This document shows, piece by piece, positions 1-9,131 of a DNA stretch of 64,000 nt (its first letter is position 1; each line of letters starts with the position of its first letter). This DNA is from Candidatus Omnitrophota bacterium (GTDB taxonomy: Bacteria; Omnitrophota; Omnitrophia; Omnitrophales; Aquincolibacteriaceae): positions 233,267 to 297,266 of the forward strand of contig DAOPYQ010000002.1 of the NCBI GenBank assembly GCA_035352955.1. The letters run 5' to 3'. The position numbers and the translations under genes are program-made. The notes beneath the pieces were generated by a model. The model saw nothing but the letters and a program-made list of their open reading frames with translations, did not search any database and was not told where the DNA came from.

Positions 1-180
1 GAACCTTTACCGGTCGTTCCGGCGACAAGGACTGGGAAGAATTTCTTTTCGGGATGACCGCTCGCCTTCAGCAGGTGTTCCATCCGCCGGAGGTTGAAAA
101 AGGCATTGTCCGGGAGCCGGCTCAGTTTCTCGAGGTTGACGAACGAATCAAGATAGCGGAGAGATTGGGTGTAATTCATC
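1..180 (-). CDS. folC: Folylpolyglutamate synthase / dihydrofolate synthase, N-terminal part only (gene continues beyond window start)
   Basis: Reverse translation of 180..1 gives MNYTQSLRYLDSFVNLEKLSRLPDNAFFNLRRMEHLLKASGHPEKKFFPVLVAGTTGKGS. This matches the FolC N-terminus, including the VAGTNGKGS P-loop-like motif. Confidence 0.6.
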
Positions 181-185
181 GGAAA

Positions 186-262
186 GCAGGATGACGGGTG
201 ACGGATAACGGATGGCGGAAAAACCGGCTTGTCGTCATCCGCCATCCTCCATCCGGTATCCG
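186..262. repeat. REP-like intergenic palindrome of the GGATGRCGGATGGCGGA family
   Basis: ggatgacgggtgacggataacggatggcggaaaaaccggcttgtcgtcatccgccatcctccatccgg lies between the folC start and the purH stop. Confidence 0.6.
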
Positions 263-263
263 A

Positions 264-1832
264 TCAGTGACGGAAATGCCGTTCGCCGGTAAAAGCCATC
301 GCGATGCCGGCCGCGTCACAGGCCGCAATGACATCGTTATCGCGGATGGAACCTCCGGGCTGGATGATGGCCTTGACCTTGTGTTTGGCCGCGATCTCGA
401 TCGAGTCCGGCATCGGAAAGAACGCGTCGGAACCGACATACGAACCTTCGGCGAGATAACCGGCCTTCTGAAGCGCGATCCCCATGGAATCCACGCGCGA
501 CATCTGTCCCGCACCGATCCCGACGGTGCGTTTGCCCTGCGTCAGCACGATCGCGTTCGACTTGACGACCTTCGAACACTGAAACGCAAAGACCAGGTCT
601 TCGATCTCGGCTTCCGAAAGCTTTGTTTTGGTCACAAATTTGATGTTTTTCCTGAATTCAGCCATATGGGTTTTAATCGGACGGTCCTTTTCCTGGACCA
701 GCACGCCGCTCCGGAGGACTCTCACGTCCAGAAGATTTTCCTCCCGGATCTTGTTGATCGTAATAATCCGGAGGTTCTTGCGCGCCTGAAGGGCCTTCAA
801 CGCGCCGGCCTTGAACGACGGCGCGACGATCACCTCAAAAAAGTTCAGTTTCTCGAGGATCTTCTCCGCGGTCTTGCGGTCACAATCGCGGTTGATCCCC
901 ACGATGCCGCCGAAGGCCGATAAAGAATCGCCGTCGATCGCCATCTCGACCGCAGTAACAATGTCCGGGTCCTGCGCGATCCCGCACGGGTTGTTGTGTT
1001 TGATCACACACGCCGCAGGCGCGCTGAATTCCGCAAGGATGTCGAGCGTGGCTTCGACATCGAGAAGATTATTAAAAGAAAGCTCCTTGCCGTGAAGCTG
1101 CGTCCAAGGTGCTTCCGACTGGGAAAGCGGCAGATAGAACGCCGCCTTTTGATGCGGGTTCTCGCCGTAACGGAGGTCCTGCCCCTTTTTAAAATGGAGC
1201 GCGAGCTGCTTCGGAAGGCCTTCCTCCTTATGTTTGCGGCGTTTGCCCATGTACTGGCTGATCACGGCATCATACGCGGCCGTTCGCTCAAAAACCTTGC
1301 AGGTTAGATCGAACCGCGTTTCGTCGGACACCGCGCCTTTGTATTCTTCCAGCTCCCGAGTCACACGCTCATAATCATTCACGTCCGTGATCACGGTGAC
1401 AGACTGGAAATTCTTCGCCGCGGAACGGAGCATCGAAGGACCCCCGATATCGACGAACTCGATCGCCTCTTCGAGCTCCAGATCGCCCTTACTCGTCGCG
1501 GATTCGAACGGATAAAGATTCACGACCACGAGGTCGATCGGCAGGATCCCATGCTTCTTGACCTGTTCGCGGTGGCTTTTCTTCGCGCGCAAGTACAGAA
1601 GACCGCCGTGGATCCTGGGATGGAGGGTTTTGACCCGTCCGTCGAGCATTTCGGGGAATCCGGTAAATTCGTCCACCGCTTTCGCGGGGACATGCGCTTC
1701 TTTCAGAGCCTTGAGCGTGCCGCCGGTCGAAAGGATCTCAACCCCGAATTTATGCAATGTTTTCGCGAAAGGAATGAGGCCGGTTTTATCGGAGACGCTG
1801 ATGAGGGCGCGACGAATGCGTTGGCGTGACAT
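264..1832 (-). CDS. purH: Bifunctional AICAR transformylase / IMP cyclohydrolase
   Basis: 522 aa. The N-terminal RALISVSDKTGL... MGS-like domain and the C-terminal AICARFT domain are typical of PurH. Confidence 0.9.
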   Translation of the reverse strand: MSRQRIRRALISVSDKTGLIPFAKTLHKFGVEILSTGGTLKALKEAHVPAKAVDEFTGFPEMLDGRVKTLHPRIHGGLLYLRAKKSHREQVKKHGILPIDLVVVNLYPFESATSKGDLELEEAIEFVDIGGPSMLRSAAKNFQSVTVITDVNDYERVTRELEEYKGAVSDETRFDLTCKVFERTAAYDAVISQYMGKRRKHKEEGLPKQLALHFKKGQDLRYGENPHQKAAFYLPLSQSEAPWTQLHGKELSFNNLLDVEATLDILAEFSAPAACVIKHNNPCGIAQDPDIVTAVEMAIDGDSLSAFGGIVGINRDCDRKTAEKILEKLNFFEVIVAPSFKAGALKALQARKNLRIITINKIREENLLDVRVLRSGVLVQEKDRPIKTHMAEFRKNIKFVTKTKLSEAEIEDLVFAFQCSKVVKSNAIVLTQGKRTVGIGAGQMSRVDSMGIALQKAGYLAEGSYVGSDAFFPMPDSIEIAAKHKVKAIIQPGGSIRDNDVIAACDAAGIAMAFTGERHFRH

Positions 1833-2685
1833 CTTCTTGGATCCTCCTAGTTAGCAAACGGTGAAGTTTCAGGGTTACCGGCCCGGGGACCTTGTTGCCG
1901 ATCATCCGGCCGTCAAGCTCTCGTACGGGAAGGACCTCCCAGGAAGTATTGCAAAGGAAAGCTTCATCCGCGTTGAAAAAATCATGCCGGGTCAAAGGCG
2001 TTTCGCGGACCCGGACCCCGAGTTCGCGAGCGCATTTTATCACAAAGCGCCGGGTCACTCCATTCAAGATTAGGTGCTCCGGCGGCGTCAACAGCACTGC
2101 TTCCTCCCCCCTCGGAGCACGGGTTCCCGAAGCTTCGGAGCCCCAGTCTCCGAAGCGGTATTTCACGAGGAAAAAGTTGCCGGTCCGGGTCTCGGCAAGA
2201 TAATTCCCCCGATCCAAAAAGAGCCATTCGAAGATCCCTTCCGGATGCGGCTCCGTGCTCGCCAGAATCGCCTGATGATAGACCGAGGCCTTGACCTGAT
2301 AAGGAAAAGCGTTTGCACTTCCCCGCGGGAACGACGACGTCTTCAAAGTGACACCCTTTTCATAAAAGTCCGGAGAGATCTTACGCGAACCGATTATGAC
2401 GAAAATTTTTCCGCCGCAAAACGTCAGCCTGACCGAAGTGTCTTCTTCGCCGGAAGTTCTGAGCGCTGACTCCGCTTCCCTGCGCAAACTCCGTCGTTCC
2501 GGAAAGGGCCGGCAGCCTACGGTCTTCGCCGACTCCTCAAGGCGGTCGAGATGATCTTCCAGCCGAAAGATCTTTCCTCCGTAGGCGCGCATACTTTCAA
2601 ACACTCCCCCGTCCTCCTCCCGCAGCAACGAAAAGGCCTGCCGGTCTGAAACTTCCCGTCCGTTGGAATAGACCCGGTACTTCAT
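1786..2685 (-). CDS. Class IV aminotransferase-fold protein, probably aminodeoxychorismate lyase (PabC-like)
   Basis: Class IV fold motifs FRLEDHLDRL and EAFLCNT. The start is placed at the internal MKYRVY so it does not overlap the upstream gene. It lies next to a PabB-like gene, and its 3' end overlaps the purH start by ~46 nt. Confidence 0.55.
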   Translation of the reverse strand: MKYRVYSNGREVSDRQAFSLLREEDGGVFESMRAYGGKIFRLEDHLDRLEESAKTVGCRPFPERRSLRREAESALRTSGEEDTSVRLTFCGGKIFVIIGSRKISPDFYEKGVTLKTSSFPRGSANAFPYQVKASVYHQAILASTEPHPEGIFEWLFLDRGNYLAETRTGNFFLVKYRFGDWGSEASGTRAPRGEEAVLLTPPEHLILNGVTRRFVIKCARELGVRVRETPLTRHDFFNADEAFLCNTSWEVLPVRELDGRMIGNKVPGPVTLKLHRLLTRRIQEDVTPTHSSRPHQRLR

Positions 2686-3833
2686 GACATCCTGTGGATG
2701 ATCTTTTTTCCGAGACGCTGGAACGGCTGCTCGATCCACCGGTAGGTCAGTGCGGAAATAGCAAGCGTTCCCACAAGCCCCACCAGAAAGATCATAAAAA
2801 AGTACAGGTTGGGGTGAAACGACGGATTGAACTTCTTCGCAAAACCGAACCAGAACCGGGTGAAACGGTCCAGGACAAAAAAATGACAGAGGTACGCACT
2901 AAAACTCACCTTCCCGACAAACCGGGTGAACCGGTTCACGAAGAAGGAAAACGGCCGCAAGGCAAGCGCCCAGGCCAGGAACAGGAACCCCGCACCGTGG
3001 ATGATGTGCGGCGGGATGACATCCCATTTCAGCTTGAAAAAACTTTCCATCAATAAACAATAAGCGCACAAGACAAGCAACACCCCCGCCGAGACAAGAT
3101 CCTTTTGTCGCGAACCCTCCGTCGCTGGCGCAGCCCCCTCAAAACGGTCCCGGAGCAAATGAAACAGAATGAAACCAAAGCCAAAAACAGGGAGCTGGTT
3201 GGGGAGCCAAAAATAGAGAAATTGACCCGCGATAAGGGGGTCTTTCGAAGGCGAAATCCATTGCTCGCCCAAAAAATTCGCCCCGAGCCGAAAAACCATC
3301 AAAAGGGCCAAGAGCAGCATGGATTTTTTGAGGCTCGAAACATACTTAAAGAAGAACGGGAGCAGGAGATAGAAATTCATCTCCACAGCAATGCTCCAGC
3401 CCCCCGGAACGACATTGTTGATGGTGTCGGGATTCCAGCCGTTCACGAACAGACAGGTCGATAAAACCCGCCAGAACGTGATCTCGTACGGAGGGGCGTA
3501 CAGCTGCTTGAACCCGGTGATCGCGATGTAAAAAAAGGCGGCCGCCCAAAACATCGGCGCGATCCTGAAAAAACGCCGGATAAAAAAGGCCCGGACGTGA
3601 CCGTCGCCTTTCTCTTTCCGGACATGGAAGGAATAAAAAAGCGTGAAGGCGGACACCACAAAAAAAAGCTGCACCCCGAACCGTACTGCCTGAGTCCACT
3701 CCGAAACGGCATTGGCGAACGGAATGCGTTGATCGGTGTGAACGAGAAGGACCAGCAGAAACGCCCAGCCGCGCAAGGCATCGATGAAGTCGAACTGCCG
3801 GAACTCTCTCAGCGCTTTTTCGTCATTACTCAT
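2682..3833 (-). CDS. Acyltransferase family 3 (OafA/OpgC-like) integral membrane protein
   Basis: 383 aa with about 10 hydrophobic helices. The N-terminal FDFIDALRGWAFLLVLLVH motif is typical of acyltransferase_3. Confidence 0.6.
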   Translation of the reverse strand: MSNDEKALREFRQFDFIDALRGWAFLLVLLVHTDQRIPFANAVSEWTQAVRFGVQLFFVVSAFTLFYSFHVRKEKGDGHVRAFFIRRFFRIAPMFWAAAFFYIAITGFKQLYAPPYEITFWRVLSTCLFVNGWNPDTINNVVPGGWSIAVEMNFYLLLPFFFKYVSSLKKSMLLLALLMVFRLGANFLGEQWISPSKDPLIAGQFLYFWLPNQLPVFGFGFILFHLLRDRFEGAAPATEGSRQKDLVSAGVLLVLCAYCLLMESFFKLKWDVIPPHIIHGAGFLFLAWALALRPFSFFVNRFTRFVGKVSFSAYLCHFFVLDRFTRFWFGFAKKFNPSFHPNLYFFMIFLVGLVGTLAISALTYRWIEQPFQRLGKKIIHRMS

Positions 3834-5274
3834 AATGTTGCTCTTCCGAGGCCGCCTTCAGCGCTTTCATCAACGCTTTCGCTTTGTGCAGCGTCTCTTC
3901 GTATTCTTTTTCCGGATCGGAATCATGGACGATCCCGGCTCCGACCTGCAGATGCCCGCGATCTTTCCGGAGAATCATCGTCCGGATCACGATATTGAGA
4001 TCCATGTCCCCGCACAGATCGATATAACCGAGCGACCCGGTATAGATCCCGCGCCGCACAGGCTCAAGCGCGTCGATGATCTCCATGCACCGGATCTTCG
4101 GGCACCCGGTGATGGTCCCGCCGGGGAAGATCGCCCGGACAAGATCAAAGGCGTCTTTCCCTTTTTTCAGCCGGCCGGTGATCTTCGAGACAATATGGAC
4201 GACATGGGAATATTTCTCAAGCGTCATGAATTCCCGGACCTTCACCGAGCGGTAATCGCACACGCGGCCGAGATCGTTCCTCTCGAGATCCACGAGCATC
4301 AAATGCTCTGCCCGCTCTTTGGGATTCCTCAAAAGCTTTTGACGCCATACCGCGGGGCGGTTCCTCTCCCCGCCCGAAGGACAAGTCCCGGCGATCGGAC
4401 GCGTTTCACAGATGCGTCCCGTTTTACGGATCAGCCTTTCCGGAGAACTGCTGATGATCTCGAGGTCCCCCACCCGGAAGAAACAGGAAAAAGGCGACGG
4501 ATTGATCGCCCTGAGTTTTCCGTAAAGCGCGGCCGGAGATCCGGAAAATCCGAACCGGAACCGCTGCGAAAGGTTCGCCTGATAAATATCTCCCGCCGCG
4601 ATGTAGTCCTTGGCTTTTTCCACCATCGCCTTGAACCGCCGCTTCGGCATCTCCGGCACGATCTCCTTCAAATGGAAAGGTTGCGATTTTACCGGCAGAG
4701 TCTCGAAGAATTTTTTTAATTTTTCGCAGCGTTCCCTGCACGTCTTGGCATTTTTAAAAACGTTCCGGCGGGAGGCACGCTGCGCGTCATACGCTACGAG
4801 GTAATAAACACGCCGGTGATGGTCATAAACGATCACCTCCCTGAAAAGGCCAAGGTGAAGCCGCGGAATCCCCAGTTCTTTTTTGGGACGGAAACCGATT
4901 TTGTCGCAAAGCTCCGCAAGCTCATAGCCGAAGTAACCGACAAACCCTCCGGTAAAGAACGGGTACTCCTTCCCGGACGAGCTGCGGTAACGCCGGAATA
5001 TCTTTTTAAGCGCGGCGAACGACTCCGCTGCCGGATATGTTTCGCGGGATTCCCCCGCAACGCGAAGCGAGGTTCCCTCTAACCGGACCTCGAGAACAGG
5101 GTCCATCCCGATGTAGGAATAAATCTGATCCGGCGGAGCGTATTGAGGAGAGTCGAGAAAAAAACAGGTTTTCGACGTTGCGTAAACCGCGCGAAAAACT
5201 TCCCACGGGGTTTTGGAAGATCGGAACTGTTCAACGTGAAGCGGCATAGGATGCAGCCCAAAGTAAAAAGACAC
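3826..5274 (-). CDS. pabB: Chorismate-utilising enzyme, aminodeoxychorismate synthase component I (PabB) or anthranilate synthase component I family
   Basis: 482 aa with the C-terminal chorismate-binding signature GGTITGCPKIRCMEIIDALEPVRRGIYTGSLGY. Confidence 0.75.
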   Translation of the reverse strand: MSFYFGLHPMPLHVEQFRSSKTPWEVFRAVYATSKTCFFLDSPQYAPPDQIYSYIGMDPVLEVRLEGTSLRVAGESRETYPAAESFAALKKIFRRYRSSSGKEYPFFTGGFVGYFGYELAELCDKIGFRPKKELGIPRLHLGLFREVIVYDHHRRVYYLVAYDAQRASRRNVFKNAKTCRERCEKLKKFFETLPVKSQPFHLKEIVPEMPKRRFKAMVEKAKDYIAAGDIYQANLSQRFRFGFSGSPAALYGKLRAINPSPFSCFFRVGDLEIISSSPERLIRKTGRICETRPIAGTCPSGGERNRPAVWRQKLLRNPKERAEHLMLVDLERNDLGRVCDYRSVKVREFMTLEKYSHVVHIVSKITGRLKKGKDAFDLVRAIFPGGTITGCPKIRCMEIIDALEPVRRGIYTGSLGYIDLCGDMDLNIVIRTMILRKDRGHLQVGAGIVHDSDPEKEYEETLHKAKALMKALKAASEEQHYE

Positions 5275-5312
5275 AGGGGACAGGCAGTCAATGAATGCCT
5301 GTCCCCTGTCTG
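5272..5312. terminator. Bidirectional terminator hairpin of a recurring family GGGGACAGGCA-N9-TGCCTGTCCCC
   Basis: ggggacaggcagtcaatgaatgcctgtcccctgtctgttttt lies between convergent/tandem minus-strand genes. Confidence 0.6.
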
Positions 5313-5318
5313 TTTTTA

Positions 5319-6644
5319 TTAGTCTTTATGCGAATAAAAGACGAGGCCGCTTGCGAGCTTGGGATAGAAATACGTCGACTTTTGCGGCATGCGCTCGTTC
5401 ACCGCGCCCATTTTCTCGAGCATCCCCACTTCGGGGGCCTGGAGAAAGAACGCGGCTTGGGCATTCTGCTTTTTCATAACATCCATCGTCCCGTCAACCG
5501 TATGATCGAAACGGAGAACGGATTCCCATTTTGTCTCGGGAAGATCGAGAAGCTTCGCGAAGATCAAGTGCCCGAGCATGTTCACGTTCAGATCGAACCA
5601 GACCTCCGGCTTTTCCTGTGCGACCTTCTGCCGGGCCTGGGCTTTGTCGAGAAGCTTGAGGAGGAACGTCCCGCCGCTTTTCAGCGTCAGACCGAACGTC
5701 ATCGGCTCCGTAGCTCTGGAAAGGACCATCGCTTCAATATCTCGAAGAGTGGCTTTTTCGACCTTAAAAAATCCTTCGAGCCGCTTGAGGATCTCCGCAT
5801 CGCTCATTCCGACGTCCAGAAGAATGCGGTGCGTAGGAAGCACGATAAATCCCGGGTCCTGAAAACTTACAAGCGCCATGTACCCGTAATCGGAAGGATA
5901 GGCTCCCGGAGGAGCGGCCAGCAATTCCTGCCGCTTGAGACGCGAATACTCGAGGTTCGTTTCGTAGCGATGGTGCCCATCGGCAATATAGACCTTTTTG
6001 GATTTCAAGCCTTCGTGGATCTTCGCGATGACACCGGCATCGCGGATCACAAGCAGACTGTGCTTGATCCCGTCATCGTCCGTAGCTGCAAAAACCGGAA
6101 CGGAGGTCTTGGGATCGACAAGCAGTTTGTGGATCGCTAAATTTTCGTCCTTGTAGAGCCCGAATACCGGAGAAAAGTTGGTCTGGGTCGTCTTCAGGAC
6201 CTTCATCCGGTCCACTTTGGGACCGCTCAACGTCTTTTCGTGAGGGACGATGATGCCTTTTTCAAAAGGTTCGAGTTTAACGCGGCCTAAAAGCGCCATG
6301 CGCCGCTTGGCGATCCCGGTAAGGGGATCCTTGAAATCCTGCGTATAAACATAAAAAGCAGGCTCTTTTTCTTTCGTGAGAAATCCCTGTTTGCACCATT
6401 CATTGAAAAAATCTCGGGCGCGGGTATAGGTGTTCTGTTGTTCGTTATCCGAGGCTTCCTTCTTATTCAGGACGAGCCGGACGCAATTCTGCGGGGAACG
6501 TTCGTAAAGCTTCTGCTGCTTTTCGGGAGAAATAACATCGTACGGGGGTGCAAGAACCAGGGAAACATCGATCTTTCGGGGATCGTAATGCCAAGCTTTC
6601 AGGGGCTGAAAATCAAGTACGGTATCGGTCGCGCAATGTGTCAT
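5319..6644 (-). CDS. DUF1015-family protein
   Basis: 441 aa. The N-terminus LKAWHYDPRKI...VLAPPYDVIS resembles the DUF1015 family. Confidence 0.5.
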   Translation of the reverse strand: MTHCATDTVLDFQPLKAWHYDPRKIDVSLVLAPPYDVISPEKQQKLYERSPQNCVRLVLNKKEASDNEQQNTYTRARDFFNEWCKQGFLTKEKEPAFYVYTQDFKDPLTGIAKRRMALLGRVKLEPFEKGIIVPHEKTLSGPKVDRMKVLKTTQTNFSPVFGLYKDENLAIHKLLVDPKTSVPVFAATDDDGIKHSLLVIRDAGVIAKIHEGLKSKKVYIADGHHRYETNLEYSRLKRQELLAAPPGAYPSDYGYMALVSFQDPGFIVLPTHRILLDVGMSDAEILKRLEGFFKVEKATLRDIEAMVLSRATEPMTFGLTLKSGGTFLLKLLDKAQARQKVAQEKPEVWFDLNVNMLGHLIFAKLLDLPETKWESVLRFDHTVDGTMDVMKKQNAQAAFFLQAPEVGMLEKMGAVNERMPQKSTYFYPKLASGLVFYSHKD

Positions 6645-6699
6645 AGGGGTGGAATCCTAACATAAGGGTTAAGGTTTGACAATAACATCGGAAAAACAG

Positions 6700-6765
6700 G
6701 CTAACGGATGGTGGAATGGGGATGACGAAAAACCAGTTTTTACGCCATCCGCCCTCCGAAATTCT
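6700..6765. repeat. REP-like intergenic palindrome of the same family
   Basis: taacggatggtggaatggggatgacg…ttacgccatccgccctccg lies between the DUF1015 gene and csaA. Confidence 0.55.
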
Positions 6766-6776
6766 TCATCCCCCCG

Positions 6777-7097
6777 TTACTTTACCTTCGCTCCGTCGGC
6801 GATCGGGCGATCCGTCGTCACAACGGTCAGCATGGTTTCATTAGATGCGGCCAAAAGCATCCCCTGGGACTCGACGCCACGGATCACCGCCGGATCAAGG
6901 TTGTCGACGATTACGATCTTTTTTCCCTTCAGCTGATCTTCGGTATAATGCGCCCGAATGCCGGCGACGATCTGCTTACGAACCTCGCCTACCTTGATTC
7001 CAAGGACATACAACCGATCCGCATTCGGATGCGGCGCAACAGTCTCGATTTCGGCAATTTTAAGTTCTAATTTCTGAAAATCTTCATAAGAAGCCAC
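6777..7097 (-). CDS. csaA: tRNA-binding protein (CsaA / Trbp111 / EMAP-like OB-fold)
   Basis: 106 aa containing LKIAEIETVAPHPNADRLYVLGIKVG...GVESQGMLLAA, a canonical tRNA_bind domain. Confidence 0.75.
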   Translation of the reverse strand: MASYEDFQKLELKIAEIETVAPHPNADRLYVLGIKVGEVRKQIVAGIRAHYTEDQLKGKKIVIVDNLDPAVIRGVESQGMLLAASNETMLTVVTTDRPIADGAKVK

Positions 7098-7402
7098 GTT
7101 TTTCTCCTTTTTCGATTTTATCGGACGTTCAGTTTTAATTTAAAACTTTCCCAGAGAAGATTATTACCGATAGATTGACATTCTAAATCTCGCTAAGTGC
7201 CACGAGGGCGGTATTTTAGCATAAAATTTTCTCCGGAAAAGAACTTTAAAAATGGATTATCGGACGTATGAACCGTAAGCATTTACAGTTAAAACGCTTA
7301 GAAACGCCTTGTTTTGCTTGATTTCAAGAGGCTGAGTGCTTATCATAGGCGCCTACTTAGAAAATCCCATCGCATTCATTCAAATCCAACAGGGAGGAAT
7401 CA

Positions 7403-8521
7403 ATGGGCAAGATCAAGATCGCCATCGTCGGAACCGGCAATTGCGCAGCGTCGCTCGTGCAAGGGATCGAATATTACCGGGCTTTGGCTAACGAAAAACT
7501 ACCCAAAAACAAGCCGGTCGATCTCATGGGACTGATGAACTACAACATGGGCGGCTATTTTCCCCATGATATCGAAGTTGTCGCGGCCTTCGACATCGAC
7601 AAGCGGAAGGTTGGCGAGCGTCTCGATGTCGCTTTGAACGCAAAACCCAATTGCGTGTGGCCCATCGGCAATCCCCTCCCCAAGAGTAAGATCCGTGTCG
7701 AGATGGGGAATATCCTCGACGGCTACTCTGAACACATGGCGAATTACGCCGAGAACCGGACGTTCGTACCCGCGAACAAAAAACCCTGCAACGTAGAAAA
7801 GGTCCTGAAGGAAAGCGGTGCAGAGGTTCTTCTCAACTATCTCCCCGTCGGCTCGCAAAAAGCCACGGAATTCTATGCCGAGGCCTGTCTGAAAACAGGT
7901 GTCAGTCTCATCAACTGCATGCCGGTCTTCATCGTCTCCAATCCGGCATGGGCGAAGCGCTTTGAAGCGAAACGGATCCCCTGCGTCGGCGACGACATCA
8001 AGGCCCAGATCGGCGCAACGGTCACACACCGCACGCTCGCGAAGCTGTTCATGGACCGCGGCGTCAAGATCGACCGCACCTACCAGCTGAACACCGGCGG
8101 GAATACAGACTTCCTGAACATGCTTAACCGCACGCGCCTGGAATCAAAAAAGATCTCCAAAACCTCCGCGGTCCAGAGCCAACTCGATGTCCCGCTCGAT
8201 CCGGACAACATCCACATCGGCCCTTCGGACTACGTTCCCTGGCAGAACGACAACAAAGTCTGCTACCTTCGTATCGAAGGCCGCGGGTTCGGCGGCTTCC
8301 CGGTGACGGCAGAAATGCGCCTCTCCGTCGAAGATTCTCCGAATAGCGCCGGCTGCTCCATCGACGCCATCCGGGCCTGCAGGATCGCACGCGACCGCAA
8401 GATCGGCGGCCCGCTCATTTCCATCTCGGCTTTTACGATGAAACATCCGCCCAAACAAATCGTGGACTACGATGCCAAGGAGCTGGTGCGCAAATTCATC
8501 CAGGGCACCTGCCCTCGGTAG
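7403..8521 (+). CDS. ino1: myo-Inositol-3-phosphate synthase (bacterial/archaeal short type)
   Basis: N-terminus MGKIKIAIVGTGNCAASLVQGIEYYR. An RBS-like AGGGAGG lies 6 nt upstream of the ATG, and the upstream region is AT-rich and promoter-like. Confidence 0.85.
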   Translation: MGKIKIAIVGTGNCAASLVQGIEYYRALANEKLPKNKPVDLMGLMNYNMGGYFPHDIEVVAAFDIDKRKVGERLDVALNAKPNCVWPIGNPLPKSKIRVEMGNILDGYSEHMANYAENRTFVPANKKPCNVEKVLKESGAEVLLNYLPVGSQKATEFYAEACLKTGVSLINCMPVFIVSNPAWAKRFEAKRIPCVGDDIKAQIGATVTHRTLAKLFMDRGVKIDRTYQLNTGGNTDFLNMLNRTRLESKKISKTSAVQSQLDVPLDPDNIHIGPSDYVPWQNDNKVCYLRIEGRGFGGFPVTAEMRLSVEDSPNSAGCSIDAIRACRIARDRKIGGPLISISAFTMKHPPKQIVDYDAKELVRKFIQGTCPR

Positions 8522-8530
8522 GACGTCCCG

Positions 8531-9130
8531 ATGTTGCGCAAGATCCTCTATCCGAAATTTGAATCGGCGATCAACCGTATCGTTGCCTGGCTGACGCAAC
8601 AAGGGATCTCCCCGAATCAGCTAACGCTGACAGGGGCGGCACTCAATCTCCTCGCCGGCGTGATCTACGCCAAAGGATTTTTCTTCCTCGGCGGATGGAT
8701 GCTCCTCGTCGCGGGCCTCGGCGACCTTCTGGACGGCCCCCTCGCGCGGGCAACAGGGAAAGCCTCTTCCTTCGGGGCCTTTCTTGATTCGACGGTGGAC
8801 CGGTACTCCGATTTCTTCGTCTTCGCGGGAATCGCCGCCTGTTTCATCGGCCGTGGCGAGGTCTTCTGGTTCCTTGTATCGCTCGGGATCATCCTGGGAG
8901 CGTTCGCGGTGAGTTATTCCAAAGCGCGCGCCGAAAATTTCATCAAGGATTGCGGGGTCGGCGTTTTCGGCCGCGGCGAACGGGTGATCCTCTTGGGTCT
9001 CGCATCGATCTTCACGCCGCTCCTCAAACTTGCTTTGTTGGTCCTTCTCGTCGGCACCCATATCACCGCCGTCCAGCGGATCCTCCACACCAAGAAAACG
9101 CTCACCGGCAAATCTTCCGCGAAGGGCTAA
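8531..9130 (+). CDS. CDP-alcohol phosphatidyltransferase (phosphatidylinositol-phosphate / archaetidylinositol-phosphate synthase-like)
   Basis: 199 aa membrane protein with the CDP-OH_P_transf core D-x2-DG-x2-AR...G-x3-D-x3-D (GLGDLLDGPLARATGKASSFGAFLDSTVDRYSD). It lies immediately downstream of the MIPS gene. Confidence 0.75.
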   Translation: MLRKILYPKFESAINRIVAWLTQQGISPNQLTLTGAALNLLAGVIYAKGFFFLGGWMLLVAGLGDLLDGPLARATGKASSFGAFLDSTVDRYSDFFVFAGIAACFIGRGEVFWFLVSLGIILGAFAVSYSKARAENFIKDCGVGVFGRGERVILLGLASIFTPLLKLALLVLLVGTHITAVQRILHTKKTLTGKSSAKG

Positions 9131-9131
9131 G

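Noticed and set aside
7140-7400. Possible sigma-70 promoter (TTGACA at ~7172) in the AT-rich ino1 leader
   Set aside because: A -35-like hexamer is present but no convincing -10 hexamer lies at 16–18 nt spacing. It is left as a promoter-like AT-rich region only.
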